Below are positions 9,084 through 17,054 of a stretch of 64,000 nucleotides of DNA, piece by piece. The notes under the pieces are model-generated. The model saw nothing but the letters and a program-made list of their open reading frames with translations, made no database searches and was not told the DNA's origin. The position numbers and the translations under genes are program-made. Source of the stretch: Candidatus Tayloriibacteriota bacterium (lineage in GTDB: Bacteria > Patescibacteriota > Minisyncoccia > Phycocordibacterales > PALSA-1337); NCBI GenBank assembly GCA_943350765.1, contig CALRAJ010000003.1:1456-65455 (forward strand), given 5' to 3'. Each line of letters begins with the position of its first letter. Position 1 is the stretch's first letter.

Positions 9084-9356
9084 ATGCCAATAACCACATC
9101 TGCAAAGAAAGCCCTCAGAGGATCACAAAAGAAGCATGTTTTTAACATGCGTGCAAAGAAGTCGATTGACACTATTATGAAAAAGTTTAAGAAATTGGTG
9201 TCAGAAAAGAATGTAAAAGACGCCCTAGCTATTCTACCGTCACTTTACCAAGTACTCGATAAGGCTAGTAAGATAGGCTATATCAAGCCAAACAACGCTT
9301 CCCGCAACAAATCTCGGGTAGTGGCGATGTTAAAGAAGATAGAGGGGAAGGAGTAG
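9084..9356 (+). CDS. rpsT: 30S ribosomal protein S20
   Basis: MPITTSAKKALRGSQKKHVFNMRAKK.. basic helical protein; TAGTAT -10 element 7 nt before the ATG; terminator hairpin 9371-9402. Confidence 0.8.
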   Translation: MPITTSAKKALRGSQKKHVFNMRAKKSIDTIMKKFKKLVSEKNVKDALAILPSLYQVLDKASKIGYIKPNNASRNKSRVVAMLKKIEGKE

Positions 9357-9439
9357 TGGGAAATAAAGAAAACTGCCGACCAGAAGGTCGGCAGTTTTCT
9401 ATTTTGGTGCTCTTGGACAGACGCTTCGCTATCGAACTC

Positions 9440-9585
9440 CTGGGGAACCCCGTCTACAGGTGCACATCATCTACCGATGTGCCACGGTTCTCCCAATCCT
9501 TCCTCCACGGGAAAACGCCTGTTTTCCCGACCCCTTTCCTGTTCGATTCCTGCCAGGAACGCAACAAACAGCTACGCCTTTTTTG
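9440..9585 (-). repeat. tRNA-linked composite element, type I core (follows tRNA-Arg-GCG on minus strand)
   Basis: inverted T-arm copy GTTCGATTCCTGCCAGGA 9541-9558, then minus-strand core GGGTCGGGAAAACAGGCGTTTTCCCGTGGAGGAA..; degenerate direct copy of the tRNA 3' end near 9406-9420. Confidence 0.55.
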
Positions 9586-9657
9586 TGCTCCTGGCAGGAA
9601 TCGAACCTGCATTTCTCCCTTCGCAGGGGAGTGTCCTATCCGTTGAACGACAAGAGC
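9586..9657 (-). tRNA. tRNA-Arg (anticodon GCG, unusual for bacteria)
   Basis: minus-strand cloverleaf: acceptor GCTCTTG/CAGGAGC, anticodon stem CTCCC/GGGAG, loop CTGCGAA, T-arm GCAGGTTCGATTCCTGC. Confidence 0.75.
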
Positions 9658-9667
9658 GGTAGGTAAA

Positions 9668-9809
9668 CCCCAAATTATGGAATACCGTCGCGGGCGTATC
9701 TTTTTGAAAGACTTCGGAAGCGGGTAGCTGAGACTTGAGAGATTTCTTACCAAAGAAATACTCGTGCTTTCAAAAAGATACGCTAAGAAAGGTGTTTCGT
9801 AATTTGGGG
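9668..9809. mobile_element. MITE-like element family B copy with TAAA target-site duplication
   Basis: TIRs CCCCAAATTATGGAATACC / GGTGTTTCGTAATTTGGGG; TAAA on both flanks; internal hairpin GCGTATCTTTTTGAAAG..CTTTCAAAAAGATACGC enclosing the conserved core GCGGGTAGCTGAGACTTGAGAGATTTCT. Confidence 0.6.
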
Positions 9810-9882
9810 TAAAGAAATATTAGCCAAACTAAAATTATCTAAAACACTAGCAGGAAACGCGATTTACCTTATCACACAAACA

Positions 9883-10344
9883 CTAAAATCCCAAGTATTC
9901 CAAGAGTCTGTGGCTGAGTGGCTCAACATATTCCTCTTGGTGTAAATATTTGGAAAGATATTGCTCTACAATGTCTGGATTGATGTCGCCAAGGAGGATT
10001 GTGATGTGTGGAACCATGACGCGTTTTGAGTGTATATAAAGTCTTGGTTCGTGATGATTGGTTTCTACCCAAAACGACTCGAGTGAGCGATATGGATACA
10101 AGGTGTTGCCAGAAAGTATGCCTTTTTCATTTATTTCATATTTTACCTCTAGTGGTACACGATGTGCATAGAGCGAGAGGGTAAAGGTACCTAATAGTAT
10201 AAAAATTGCGAGTAGAACATTATTAAAAATAATCGCTACTCCAGCAAGTGAAATAGAAATAATCCCCACTGCCCAAAACCAGTCTACGGTTTTTACTTTG
10301 TGTGAATATTCCGGTGCAACCCATTGTATAGGGAGGTATGCCAT
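9883..10344 (-). CDS. hypothetical membrane protein
   Basis: 153 aa, two TM helices near the N-terminus, no recognisable motif. Confidence 0.4.
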   Translation of the reverse strand: MAYLPIQWVAPEYSHKVKTVDWFWAVGIISISLAGVAIIFNNVLLAIFILLGTFTLSLYAHRVPLEVKYEINEKGILSGNTLYPYRSLESFWVETNHHEPRLYIHSKRVMVPHITILLGDINPDIVEQYLSKYLHQEEYVEPLSHRLLEYLGF

Positions 10345-10478
10345 GTCTGTATTGTATCATTTGTTTGCCATGAGCCACAATGGTAAAAGTGGGTATAAAA
10401 CAGTTTTAGTCCTAGGACGAGTTGGTTTAGCTTAACAGCCTTCCATTTATCTATTTTTATGCTAGTATACAAAGTCTA

Positions 10479-10565
10479 AGGATGGGTGCCAGAGTGGTCT
10501 AATGGAACAGTCTTGAAAACTGTCGCCTTCGCAAGGGGGCCGTGAGTTCGAATCTCACCCCATCC
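10479..10565 (+). tRNA. tRNA-Ser (anticodon TGA), type II, no encoded CCA
   Basis: acceptor GGATGGG/CCCATCC, anticodon stem ACAGT/ACTGT, loop CTTGAAA, long variable arm, T-arm GTGAGTTCGAATCTCAC. Confidence 0.9.
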
Positions 10566-10860
10566 GCAGAGGAACGAAGTGAATAAGGAATGGGTGAGTT
10601 CGAACTGGAAGGGGGTCGGGGAAAATGGCGTTTCCCCGTGGAGGAAAACAACGAGTACTCGAGTGTTAGAAACCGTGGGTTTCTAAAACGCAGGCTACTG
10701 CCGAGCAGTGAGGTTCTCACCCCATCCGCCTTCGGTCCGCCGGAGCAGACCTACGGCGTGACGCAGTCCGCCAGTGGGTTTGCATAGGCGACCTTCGCCA
10801 TACTGAAGCATGGCTACGGCGTAAAAAAGTCCGCAGTAATTATGCGTCGACTTTCGCTAG
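10566..10860 (+). repeat. tRNA-linked composite element, type I core (follows tRNA-Ser)
   Basis: inverted T-arm copy GGAATGGGTGAGTTCGAAC 10586-10604; core GGGGGTCGGGGAAAATGGCGTTTCCCCGTGGAGGAAAACAACGAGTACTCGAGTGTTAGAAACCGTGGGTTTCTAAA; direct copy CTCACCCCATCCGCC 10716-10730; tail CCGCCTTCGGTCCGC..GCGTGACGCAGTCCGC also found at 60160-60240. Confidence 0.6.
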
Positions 10861-10897
10861 AGTAATCTATATACTTGTATAGTGCTATAATAAAGCA

Positions 10898-11137
10898 ATG
10901 CATTATGTGTATAGTTTGAAATGTAAAGATGGTTATTATATTGGCTGTACCGATAATCTAAAAGATAGGATACTTAGGCACAAAGGAGGTAATGTGCCTG
11001 CTACCGCAAGTAGACTGTCCCTAGAGTTAGATTTCTATCTCGCGGTCAAGGATAAATACATAGCTTTTAATCTTGAGAAATATTTTAAATCTGGATCAGG
11101 TCGGACATTTATTAAAAAACATTTTATGACAATATAA
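10898..11137 (+). CDS. GIY-YIG nuclease domain protein (79 aa)
   Basis: YVYSLKCKDGYYIGCTDNLKDRILRH matches the GIY-(10aa)-YIG motif with downstream R and H. Confidence 0.7.
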   Translation: MHYVYSLKCKDGYYIGCTDNLKDRILRHKGGNVPATASRLSLELDFYLAVKDKYIAFNLEKYFKSGSGRTFIKKHFMTI

Positions 11138-11194
11138 TGTCGAGATATTTTGATTTGCAACAGTTATCGATAATCATGAAAATTAAAAAATAAC

Positions 11195-11656
11195 ATGAAA
11201 TTATTAATTCCAAATTCTAATGAAATTGAATTGAAGACACTGATCTTAGATCTCAACGGCACACTCACGGTAAGAGGGGTGTTGGTCAAGGGAGTTTCAA
11301 AAAAACTAAAAGTATTGAAAAATAAGGGTTTAAAAGTAGTTTTATTTTCGGGTGATACTAGGGGTAATGGAAAAGATATATCTGATAAGCTAGGTATTGA
11401 ATTTTTTGTAACTTCTACTGGAGAAGAAAAACGAATAGAGGCTTCAAAATTAAATCCTGAAACATGCATTGCTATCGGTAATGGATTAATCGACACAGCT
11501 CTTTTTCGAACTGTAAAATTGTCTATAGCAACACTTCAATCTGAGGGTGTGCATGTCAAATGTCTTGAGGAAGCGGATATAGTAGTTTGTTCTATTTTGG
11601 ATGCCTTAGATTTATTGATCGATGAAAAAAGTTTAGTTTCAACATTGAGAGTGTAG
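11195..11656 (+). CDS. HAD-superfamily phosphatase (KdsC-like small HAD)
   Basis: motif I LILDLNGTLT (DxDxT-like), motif IV IAIGNGLID. Confidence 0.6.
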   Translation: MKLLIPNSNEIELKTLILDLNGTLTVRGVLVKGVSKKLKVLKNKGLKVVLFSGDTRGNGKDISDKLGIEFFVTSTGEEKRIEASKLNPETCIAIGNGLIDTALFRTVKLSIATLQSEGVHVKCLEEADIVVCSILDALDLLIDEKSLVSTLRV

Positions 11657-11728
11657 GATAGTTTTGAGTTTTGTGGAAATATATTATATAATTTATGACG
11701 CGCAAGAACTGACGCGCAAGAACGGTTC

Positions 11729-11992
11729 TTGCGAGTTTCCAAGTGTGTTGGTGGTCACTCCCTTTCTGGAAAAGAATTAGAAGTTGGATTGGAGATTACT
11801 AATTCTTCTAGAGCAAAGGAGGGGCAAGAAAAAATTGCTTTAGATTACTATACGGCAGATAGTGTTCAAAAAATGTGGTCAGCAAAAATTACTAATTTTT
11901 GGATAAATATGTCAGTGAGAGATGAAAGTGGTTTTATATTAAGAGATGAGAGAGTAGAATTAGAAAGAAATATTTTACTAAAAAGTATTTAA
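11729..11992 (+). CDS. hypothetical protein
   Basis: 87-aa ORF, no motif; upstream repeats GACGCGCAAGAAC x2 plus inverted GTTCTTGCGA. Confidence 0.25.
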   Translation: MRVSKCVGGHSLSGKELEVGLEITNSSRAKEGQEKIALDYYTADSVQKMWSAKITNFWINMSVRDESGFILRDERVELERNILLKSI

Positions 11993-12018
11993 ATATAAAT
12001 ACATAGATACTTCTTGAT

Positions 12019-12522
12019 ATGACCAAAAGAATTTTAATTGTAGGAGATTCAGGAAGGGGGAAGAGTACCATGGCAGAGAAACTCTCGAAAAAGACAGGTA
12101 TACCTTTTTATTCCACGGATGATTTTTATTGGAAGACAAAGTTCACTGAAGTTAATGATAAACAAAAAAGTATCGAAGATATTGGAAAGATCTATAGCAA
12201 TAATGAATGGATTGTAGAAGGTGGAACTCGCCACTTAATTCAAGAGGGACTTGCTTGTGCGGACATTATTTATCTTCTGGAATTTAATAATATCTTCCTA
12301 CAGTATTATTTCTTGTTTTTTAGACATACAAAAAGAGAAAACGAACGATTGATTGATTTTTTGAATCTACTAAAACATATTACTTATAAAAGATACAAGA
12401 AGGGTTATGGGAATCATTTACCATCACTTGAAAATATGCTTAAGCCGTATGAGAATAAGGTTATAAGACTTAGATCACGAAAAGAAATCTATAGATGTGT
12501 GGATGAGATTACCCGAGGCTAA
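12019..12522 (+). CDS. P-loop NTPase, adenylate/nucleoside kinase-like
   Basis: Walker A ILIVGDSGRGKSTMAEKL at the N-terminus, 167 aa. Confidence 0.55.
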   Translation: MTKRILIVGDSGRGKSTMAEKLSKKTGIPFYSTDDFYWKTKFTEVNDKQKSIEDIGKIYSNNEWIVEGGTRHLIQEGLACADIIYLLEFNNIFLQYYFLFFRHTKRENERLIDFLNLLKHITYKRYKKGYGNHLPSLENMLKPYENKVIRLRSRKEIYRCVDEITRG

Positions 12523-12597
12523 ATATTCTTGTTGATCTAATATGTTATAATACAAAAGAAAGAGATTTTTATTAGTTTTAAAGTATTAATTGTTTTT

Positions 12598-13296
12598 ATG
12601 CAAAAAATTATCACCACAGTAGTCATCATTATAGTTATTGCCCTCGCCTCTTTCTTATACCTCACCCGACCGGTCAATGCCCCAACACAGTCAGTAGAAT
12701 CGGTAGCAGAAAGGCTTCCTACAGGCACTCCTACCACAGAGCAAAAGCTCTATCGTATTTCCCAAAAACAATCAGAAGTCCAGTTTAGTATTGGTGAGAT
12801 TTTGAACGGCTCACCCTTTACCGCAGTGGGGAAGACAAGTGAGGTAGCCGGAGATATACTCGTTTCAAAAAATACCGTTACCGTGGGGGAGATAGTAGTA
12901 AATGCAAAAACATTTAAAACGGACAGTACCCGTCGAGATGGAGCTATCGTCCGCTTTATTCTCAAATCAGATCAGCCAGCCAACGAATTTATTACATTTA
13001 AGCATACAAAACCTATCGTTCTTGCTTTGCCACCCGTTGTCGGCAAGGAAGTCACCGCTACTGTTTCAGGAGACCTGACCATCTCTGGAGTTACAAAGCC
13101 AGTAGTCATGAATGTAAAAATGACACTTCTGACTGTGAAAAATCAAATCTCAGGGGATGAATCATTTGTGATTACAGGAGACACTACTGTCAAGCGTTCA
13201 GACTTTGGACTAAAGATTCCCGAGCTTTCTTTCTTGGCGAGTGTGGATGATGTAGTAAAAATACATGTTGCGGTCACGGCAAATAGAATCCCATAG
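12598..13296 (+). CDS. YceI-like periplasmic/membrane-anchored protein
   Basis: N-terminal TM/signal anchor; YRISQKQSEVQFSIGEILNGSPFTAVGKTSEVAGDI resembles the YceI beta-barrel family. Confidence 0.45.
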   Translation: MQKIITTVVIIIVIALASFLYLTRPVNAPTQSVESVAERLPTGTPTTEQKLYRISQKQSEVQFSIGEILNGSPFTAVGKTSEVAGDILVSKNTVTVGEIVVNAKTFKTDSTRRDGAIVRFILKSDQPANEFITFKHTKPIVLALPPVVGKEVTATVSGDLTISGVTKPVVMNVKMTLLTVKNQISGDESFVITGDTTVKRSDFGLKIPELSFLASVDDVVKIHVAVTANRIP

Positions 13297-13321
13297 GTAG
13301 GGAAAATCCCTTACCTAGACT

Positions 13322-13666
13322 ATGTTCGACTATTTTTCCAGTCTAGGATACTATATAAATATGCCCATCACTTCTTCACTGGTTGTTTCGTTTGCGATAG
13401 GGATTATTGTCGGAACACTTTTTGTCTACAAGAAAAGTGGGTCGTACGGAAAGAATAGACAGCACAGAGAAAAGGAAAAAAGAAAAGCATTAATAATGGA
13501 TTTATTCGCTACTCGCTTTGAGGTGCGAAATAATGATGTTGAGCGCATGTTTGCCGTGTCTGATGCGACGGCTACGAACTATTTGAGTGAGCTAGAGGCT
13601 GAGGGAAAGGTAAGGCAGGTGGGGAGTCGGGGGAGGTTTGTGACTTACGAGAAAATCAAAGGCTAA
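13322..13666 (+). CDS. hypothetical small membrane protein with a basic C-terminal region
   Basis: 114 aa, one TM helix, K/R-rich linker. Confidence 0.3.
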   Translation: MFDYFSSLGYYINMPITSSLVVSFAIGIIVGTLFVYKKSGSYGKNRQHREKEKRKALIMDLFATRFEVRNNDVERMFAVSDATATNYLSELEAEGKVRQVGSRGRFVTYEKIKG

Positions 13667-13725
13667 ACAGGGGTGTTTAGCCTTTGAGCGTGGCTACACA
13701 GAGCCATTTTGGGTTTTTGGCTAAA

Positions 13726-13774
13726 ACAGTCCTAATCGACCAAAATGGACTACATTTTGGTCGATTAGGACTGT
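13726..13774. repeat. perfect 22-bp inverted repeat hairpin with 5-nt loop
   Basis: ACAGTCCTAATCGACCAAAATG-GACTA-CATTTTGGTCGATTAGGACTGT. Confidence 0.6.
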
Positions 13775-13870
13775 TCGCCCGAGCATTTTTTGCTAAAAAT
13801 ACTTTAGGGCCTTATTTGGAGGTTTTTTATGTGAAATTGGTGTGGAAAGTGGTCTGGGAAGCAGGACTTG

Positions 13871-13898
13871 CCCCCGAAAATCTACTGATTTTCGGGGG
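13871..13898 (-). repeat. TCAGTAGA-loop hairpin (minus orientation)
   Basis: CCCCCGAAAATCTACTGATTTTCGGGGG; same loop octamer as 31993-32036, 51718-51741, 57427-57454, 60060-60090, 61625-61657. Confidence 0.5.
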
Positions 13899-13951
13899 GG
13901 CATGACTCCGTACTTTCGACTTTCGACTACCCTTTGTGCTATGCTCTCAGT

Positions 13952-14389
13952 ATGAAATATCTCGGTATAGACTATGGGTCAAAGCGAGTAGGTGTGGCGG
14001 TGTCTGATGAGACCGGGAAATTTGCCTTTGCAAAGGCGGTGCTAGTAAATGATAAAACACTTTTGCAGACCATCCACAAAATTTGTATGGAGGAAAAAGT
14101 AGAAGTAATTGTGTTGGGTGAATCAAAAGATTATGACGGTAAAGATAATCCGATTATGAAGCAAATCATGAGACATAAAGGAGAGCTTGAGACGGAGATT
14201 GGTGTGCCGGTCTACCTCGAGCCAGAGTTTATGACTTCATCCCAAGCAGAGCGGGTTGGATCACAAGACTTCAGCCAGAACAGAAGATCTGGACTAGGTA
14301 CGAGAAGTCCAAAGACTAAAAATATAATGCTCGACGCCTCCGCCGCGGCACTGATTTTGCAGAGTTACCTAGATAAAAATAGACAGTAG
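13952..14389 (+). CDS. ruvX: Holliday junction resolvase-like YqgF/RuvX
   Basis: MKYLGIDYGSKRVGVAVSDE.. RNase H-like fold signature; preceded by the 22-nt motif TTTGTGCTATGCTCTCAGTATG. Confidence 0.8.
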   Translation: MKYLGIDYGSKRVGVAVSDETGKFAFAKAVLVNDKTLLQTIHKICMEEKVEVIVLGESKDYDGKDNPIMKQIMRHKGELETEIGVPVYLEPEFMTSSQAERVGSQDFSQNRRSGLGTRSPKTKNIMLDASAAALILQSYLDKNRQ

Positions 14390-14437
14390 ATATCAGACAT
14401 TAGTATTTAGACAACAGGCATCAGACATGTAAAAATA

Positions 14438-14459
14438 CCCGCGGCGTACTCGCCGCGGG
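14438..14459. repeat. palindrome CCCGCGGCGTACTCGCCGCGGG (second copy at 47586-47605)
   Basis: 8-bp stem, 4-nt loop; same sequence downstream of the second rluA-family gene. Confidence 0.4.
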
Positions 14460-14542
14460 CCCTTTGTCCACGTATTTTCTAATGTCTATAATCTAACTAC
14501 TAAAATCTACCTTCTAGTCTTCGTTTGTGCTATGCTCTCAGT

Positions 14543-15319
14543 ATGGAAAAAATACGACTTTCGGCAAATATTATCTATGTGACCGATCTTCCGCGTGCCA
14601 AGGCATGGTACGAGAAGAATTTTGGTATGAAAACTCTAGAATATAGTCCGCCAGAATTCCTCGAAATGTCTCTTGGTGATCAAATCTTTTATATTGAAAC
14701 TGAAAATCCAAAAAGACCAGAAGGTTTTCGTGAGGTGTCTGTGGGTGGTGCCAGCTCGGCTATTTTTGCGGTAGATGATCTAAAGAAGACTGTTGAAGAT
14801 CTAAGGTCGAAAGGGGTAAAAATTGTCGCTGAGCCAGTCGAACCGTTTTGGGGAGGCTTGGTGGCAAAGGTGGCGGACCCAGATGGTAATTGTTTTACCT
14901 TAGATCAGGAAGTGAAGGTTGTGGTACCACCCAAAACACACATTTCGTACGAAGAATTCGCTCAAGTGGAAATCAAGGTGGGTAAAATACTTTCGGCAGA
15001 AAAAATTCCTGATACGGATAAGCTTTTGAAACTGGTGGTAGAATTTGGGCTAAAACCGTCGTCTCAAGAAATGGGAGACGACGGTTCGTCTAAAGCGAAT
15101 CAGCCGGATGTTCGCCAAATCGTTTCTGGAATCTTGACATATTTTCCAGACCCAGCTGTACTTGTGGGGAAAAAATGTATGTTTGTGACCAATCTGGAAC
15201 CTCGCAAAATCCGTGGCCATGAAAGCAACGGCATGCTTTTTGCGGTAAGCACTCCAGAAGGCACTTTTTCACTGCTCGAGCCGATAGACGCAATACCGCC
15301 GGGAACTAAAGCGAAATAA
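14543..15319 (+). CDS. fusion protein: VOC/glyoxalase-like domain plus C-terminal tRNA-binding (Trbp111/CsaA/MetRS-C-like) domain
   Basis: N-terminal half glyoxalase-like; C-terminal FAQVEIKVGKILSAEKIPDTDKLLKLVVEFG..RQIVSGI..NLEPRKIRGHESNGMLFA matches the OB-fold tRNA-binding domain; preceded by the same 22-nt motif as ruvX. Confidence 0.6.
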   Translation: MEKIRLSANIIYVTDLPRAKAWYEKNFGMKTLEYSPPEFLEMSLGDQIFYIETENPKRPEGFREVSVGGASSAIFAVDDLKKTVEDLRSKGVKIVAEPVEPFWGGLVAKVADPDGNCFTLDQEVKVVVPPKTHISYEEFAQVEIKVGKILSAEKIPDTDKLLKLVVEFGLKPSSQEMGDDGSSKANQPDVRQIVSGILTYFPDPAVLVGKKCMFVTNLEPRKIRGHESNGMLFAVSTPEGTFSLLEPIDAIPPGTKAK

Positions 15320-15320
15320 T

Positions 15321-15920
15321 ATGAGCATACTTGAGCTTCTCGATCCAAAAATATTAATACAGACAGTGGGTATTCTCGGAGTTTTTGCGGTGATTTTTGC
15401 CGAGTCTGGACTTTTTTTCGGATTTTTCTTGCCTGGCGACTCACTTCTTTTTACGGCTGGGTTGCTGGCATCACAAGATTATTTTAGTATCACTTCACTT
15501 ATCTTCGGCTGTATTATTTTTGCTATCCTCGGTGATAATGTCGGGTATGCTTTTGGTCGACGGGTGGGGGAGAAGATATTTATTCGAGAAGACTCTTTCT
15601 TTTTTCATAAAAAGCATGTTGCGCGAGCGCAAATATTTTATGAAAAATACGGTAAAAAGGCGATTGTTTTGGCACGATTTGTGCCAGTGGTTAGGACTTT
15701 TGCACCGATTTTAGCTGGAGTAGGAAAAATGCAATACCGAACTTTTTTAGTCTACAATATTGTCGGTGGCGTGGTTTGGGTCTCGGCGTTGTCTCTACTC
15801 GGCTTTGTTTTAGGAAATACGGTACCAGACATAGATAAGTATGTATTGCCGATTATAGCGTTAATTATTTTTATTTCCATCTTACCTATATTGCTTTCGT
15901 ATATAAAAAGCCGAAAGTAA
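15321..15920 (+). CDS. DedA-family membrane protein
   Basis: FFGFFLPGDSLLFTAGLLAS.. and GYAFGRRVGEK pattern typical of DedA/SNARE-associated proteins. Confidence 0.8.
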   Translation: MSILELLDPKILIQTVGILGVFAVIFAESGLFFGFFLPGDSLLFTAGLLASQDYFSITSLIFGCIIFAILGDNVGYAFGRRVGEKIFIREDSFFFHKKHVARAQIFYEKYGKKAIVLARFVPVVRTFAPILAGVGKMQYRTFLVYNIVGGVVWVSALSLLGFVLGNTVPDIDKYVLPIIALIIFISILPILLSYIKSRK

Positions 15921-16046
15921 AAGGATATTGGTAGTTATTCATTCCATTTATTTAGTTGCCGTAGTATAATATAGGGGAAGTTTTATCCATGTTTTTGGGT
16001 GTGTACCTCGAATTATAAAATGCTCTTGCAGGCGTATATTTAAGAT

Positions 16047-17051
16047 ATGAATTTACAAAAAGTTCTTACATTTTTTCCACCCCCTACTTTTATCGATAGA
16101 CCATCTATTGGGCTTGATATTACCGATGAGGCTGTCTATTTTGCTGAGCTTCGACGGGGGAAAAATGGCTTCGAGCTAGGTAAGTACGGAGAAAAAATAC
16201 TTCCAAGAGGAATGGTGGAGGCGGGGCATATCAATGATCCAGAAGGTTTGTCAAATATTTTAAAAGAACTCAAGGATCGGCACGGGTTTCAAAATGTTCG
16301 CACCTCACTACCAGAAGAAAAAACCTATTTATTTAGTACCGAGATTCCCTATACTGATGATATTTCGCAAATGAAGAAAAGTTTGGAGTTTAAACTTGAG
16401 GATAATGTGCCAATACCTCCAGCTGAAACTATTTTTGAATTTGACTTAGTCTCTAATCTGGGTATCGTAAAAGACCACCTCGATGTGAGTGTGCTGGCAG
16501 TTTCTGACAAAGTCGTCAGTGCGTACACTAGCGTTTTACATTCAGCGGGGCTAAATCCTTTTTCATTTGAAGTAGAAACAAGAGCACTTGCAAAAGCGGT
16601 GGTACGAAAAGGGGATGATAGTACTATAATGATTATCGATGTAGGTAACCTAAAGACCGGTGTGTATGTGATCTCTGAAGGTGTTGTGCGTTTTTCATCG
16701 ACCCTAAATCTAGATATTAGACAAGAAACTTTCGATGAAAACAGAGACACAACTGCGATGCTGGCGCTTAGAGCAGAGATCCAAAGAATTCAGACATACT
16801 GGAATACTCATAATGATAAAAATAACGAGTTTAATGTAAAAATAGAGAAAGTTCTCATTTGTGGACAACCTGCGATAGGTTTAAAATTAGATCATTATTT
16901 TTCAAGGAAGCTACAGTTGCCAGTAGAGTTTGCTAATATATGGTCCAATGTGTGTTCGTTTGATTCATATATACCAGTACTAGATTTTAATGAGTCATTA
17001 AAATATGCAGTTGCTGTTGGTCTGATCCTTTCTCAATATCACAATTTTTAA
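16047..17051 (+). CDS. pilM: type IV pilus assembly protein PilM (actin-like ATPase fold)
   Basis: 334 aa, GLDITDEAVYFAEL N-terminus, MIIDVGNLKTGVYVISEG second actin-like motif; followed by pilN/pilO-like genes. Confidence 0.65.
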   Translation: MNLQKVLTFFPPPTFIDRPSIGLDITDEAVYFAELRRGKNGFELGKYGEKILPRGMVEAGHINDPEGLSNILKELKDRHGFQNVRTSLPEEKTYLFSTEIPYTDDISQMKKSLEFKLEDNVPIPPAETIFEFDLVSNLGIVKDHLDVSVLAVSDKVVSAYTSVLHSAGLNPFSFEVETRALAKAVVRKGDDSTIMIIDVGNLKTGVYVISEGVVRFSSTLNLDIRQETFDENRDTTAMLALRAEIQRIQTYWNTHNDKNNEFNVKIEKVLICGQPAIGLKLDHYFSRKLQLPVEFANIWSNVCSFDSYIPVLDFNESLKYAVAVGLILSQYHNF

Positions 17052-17054
17052 ATT

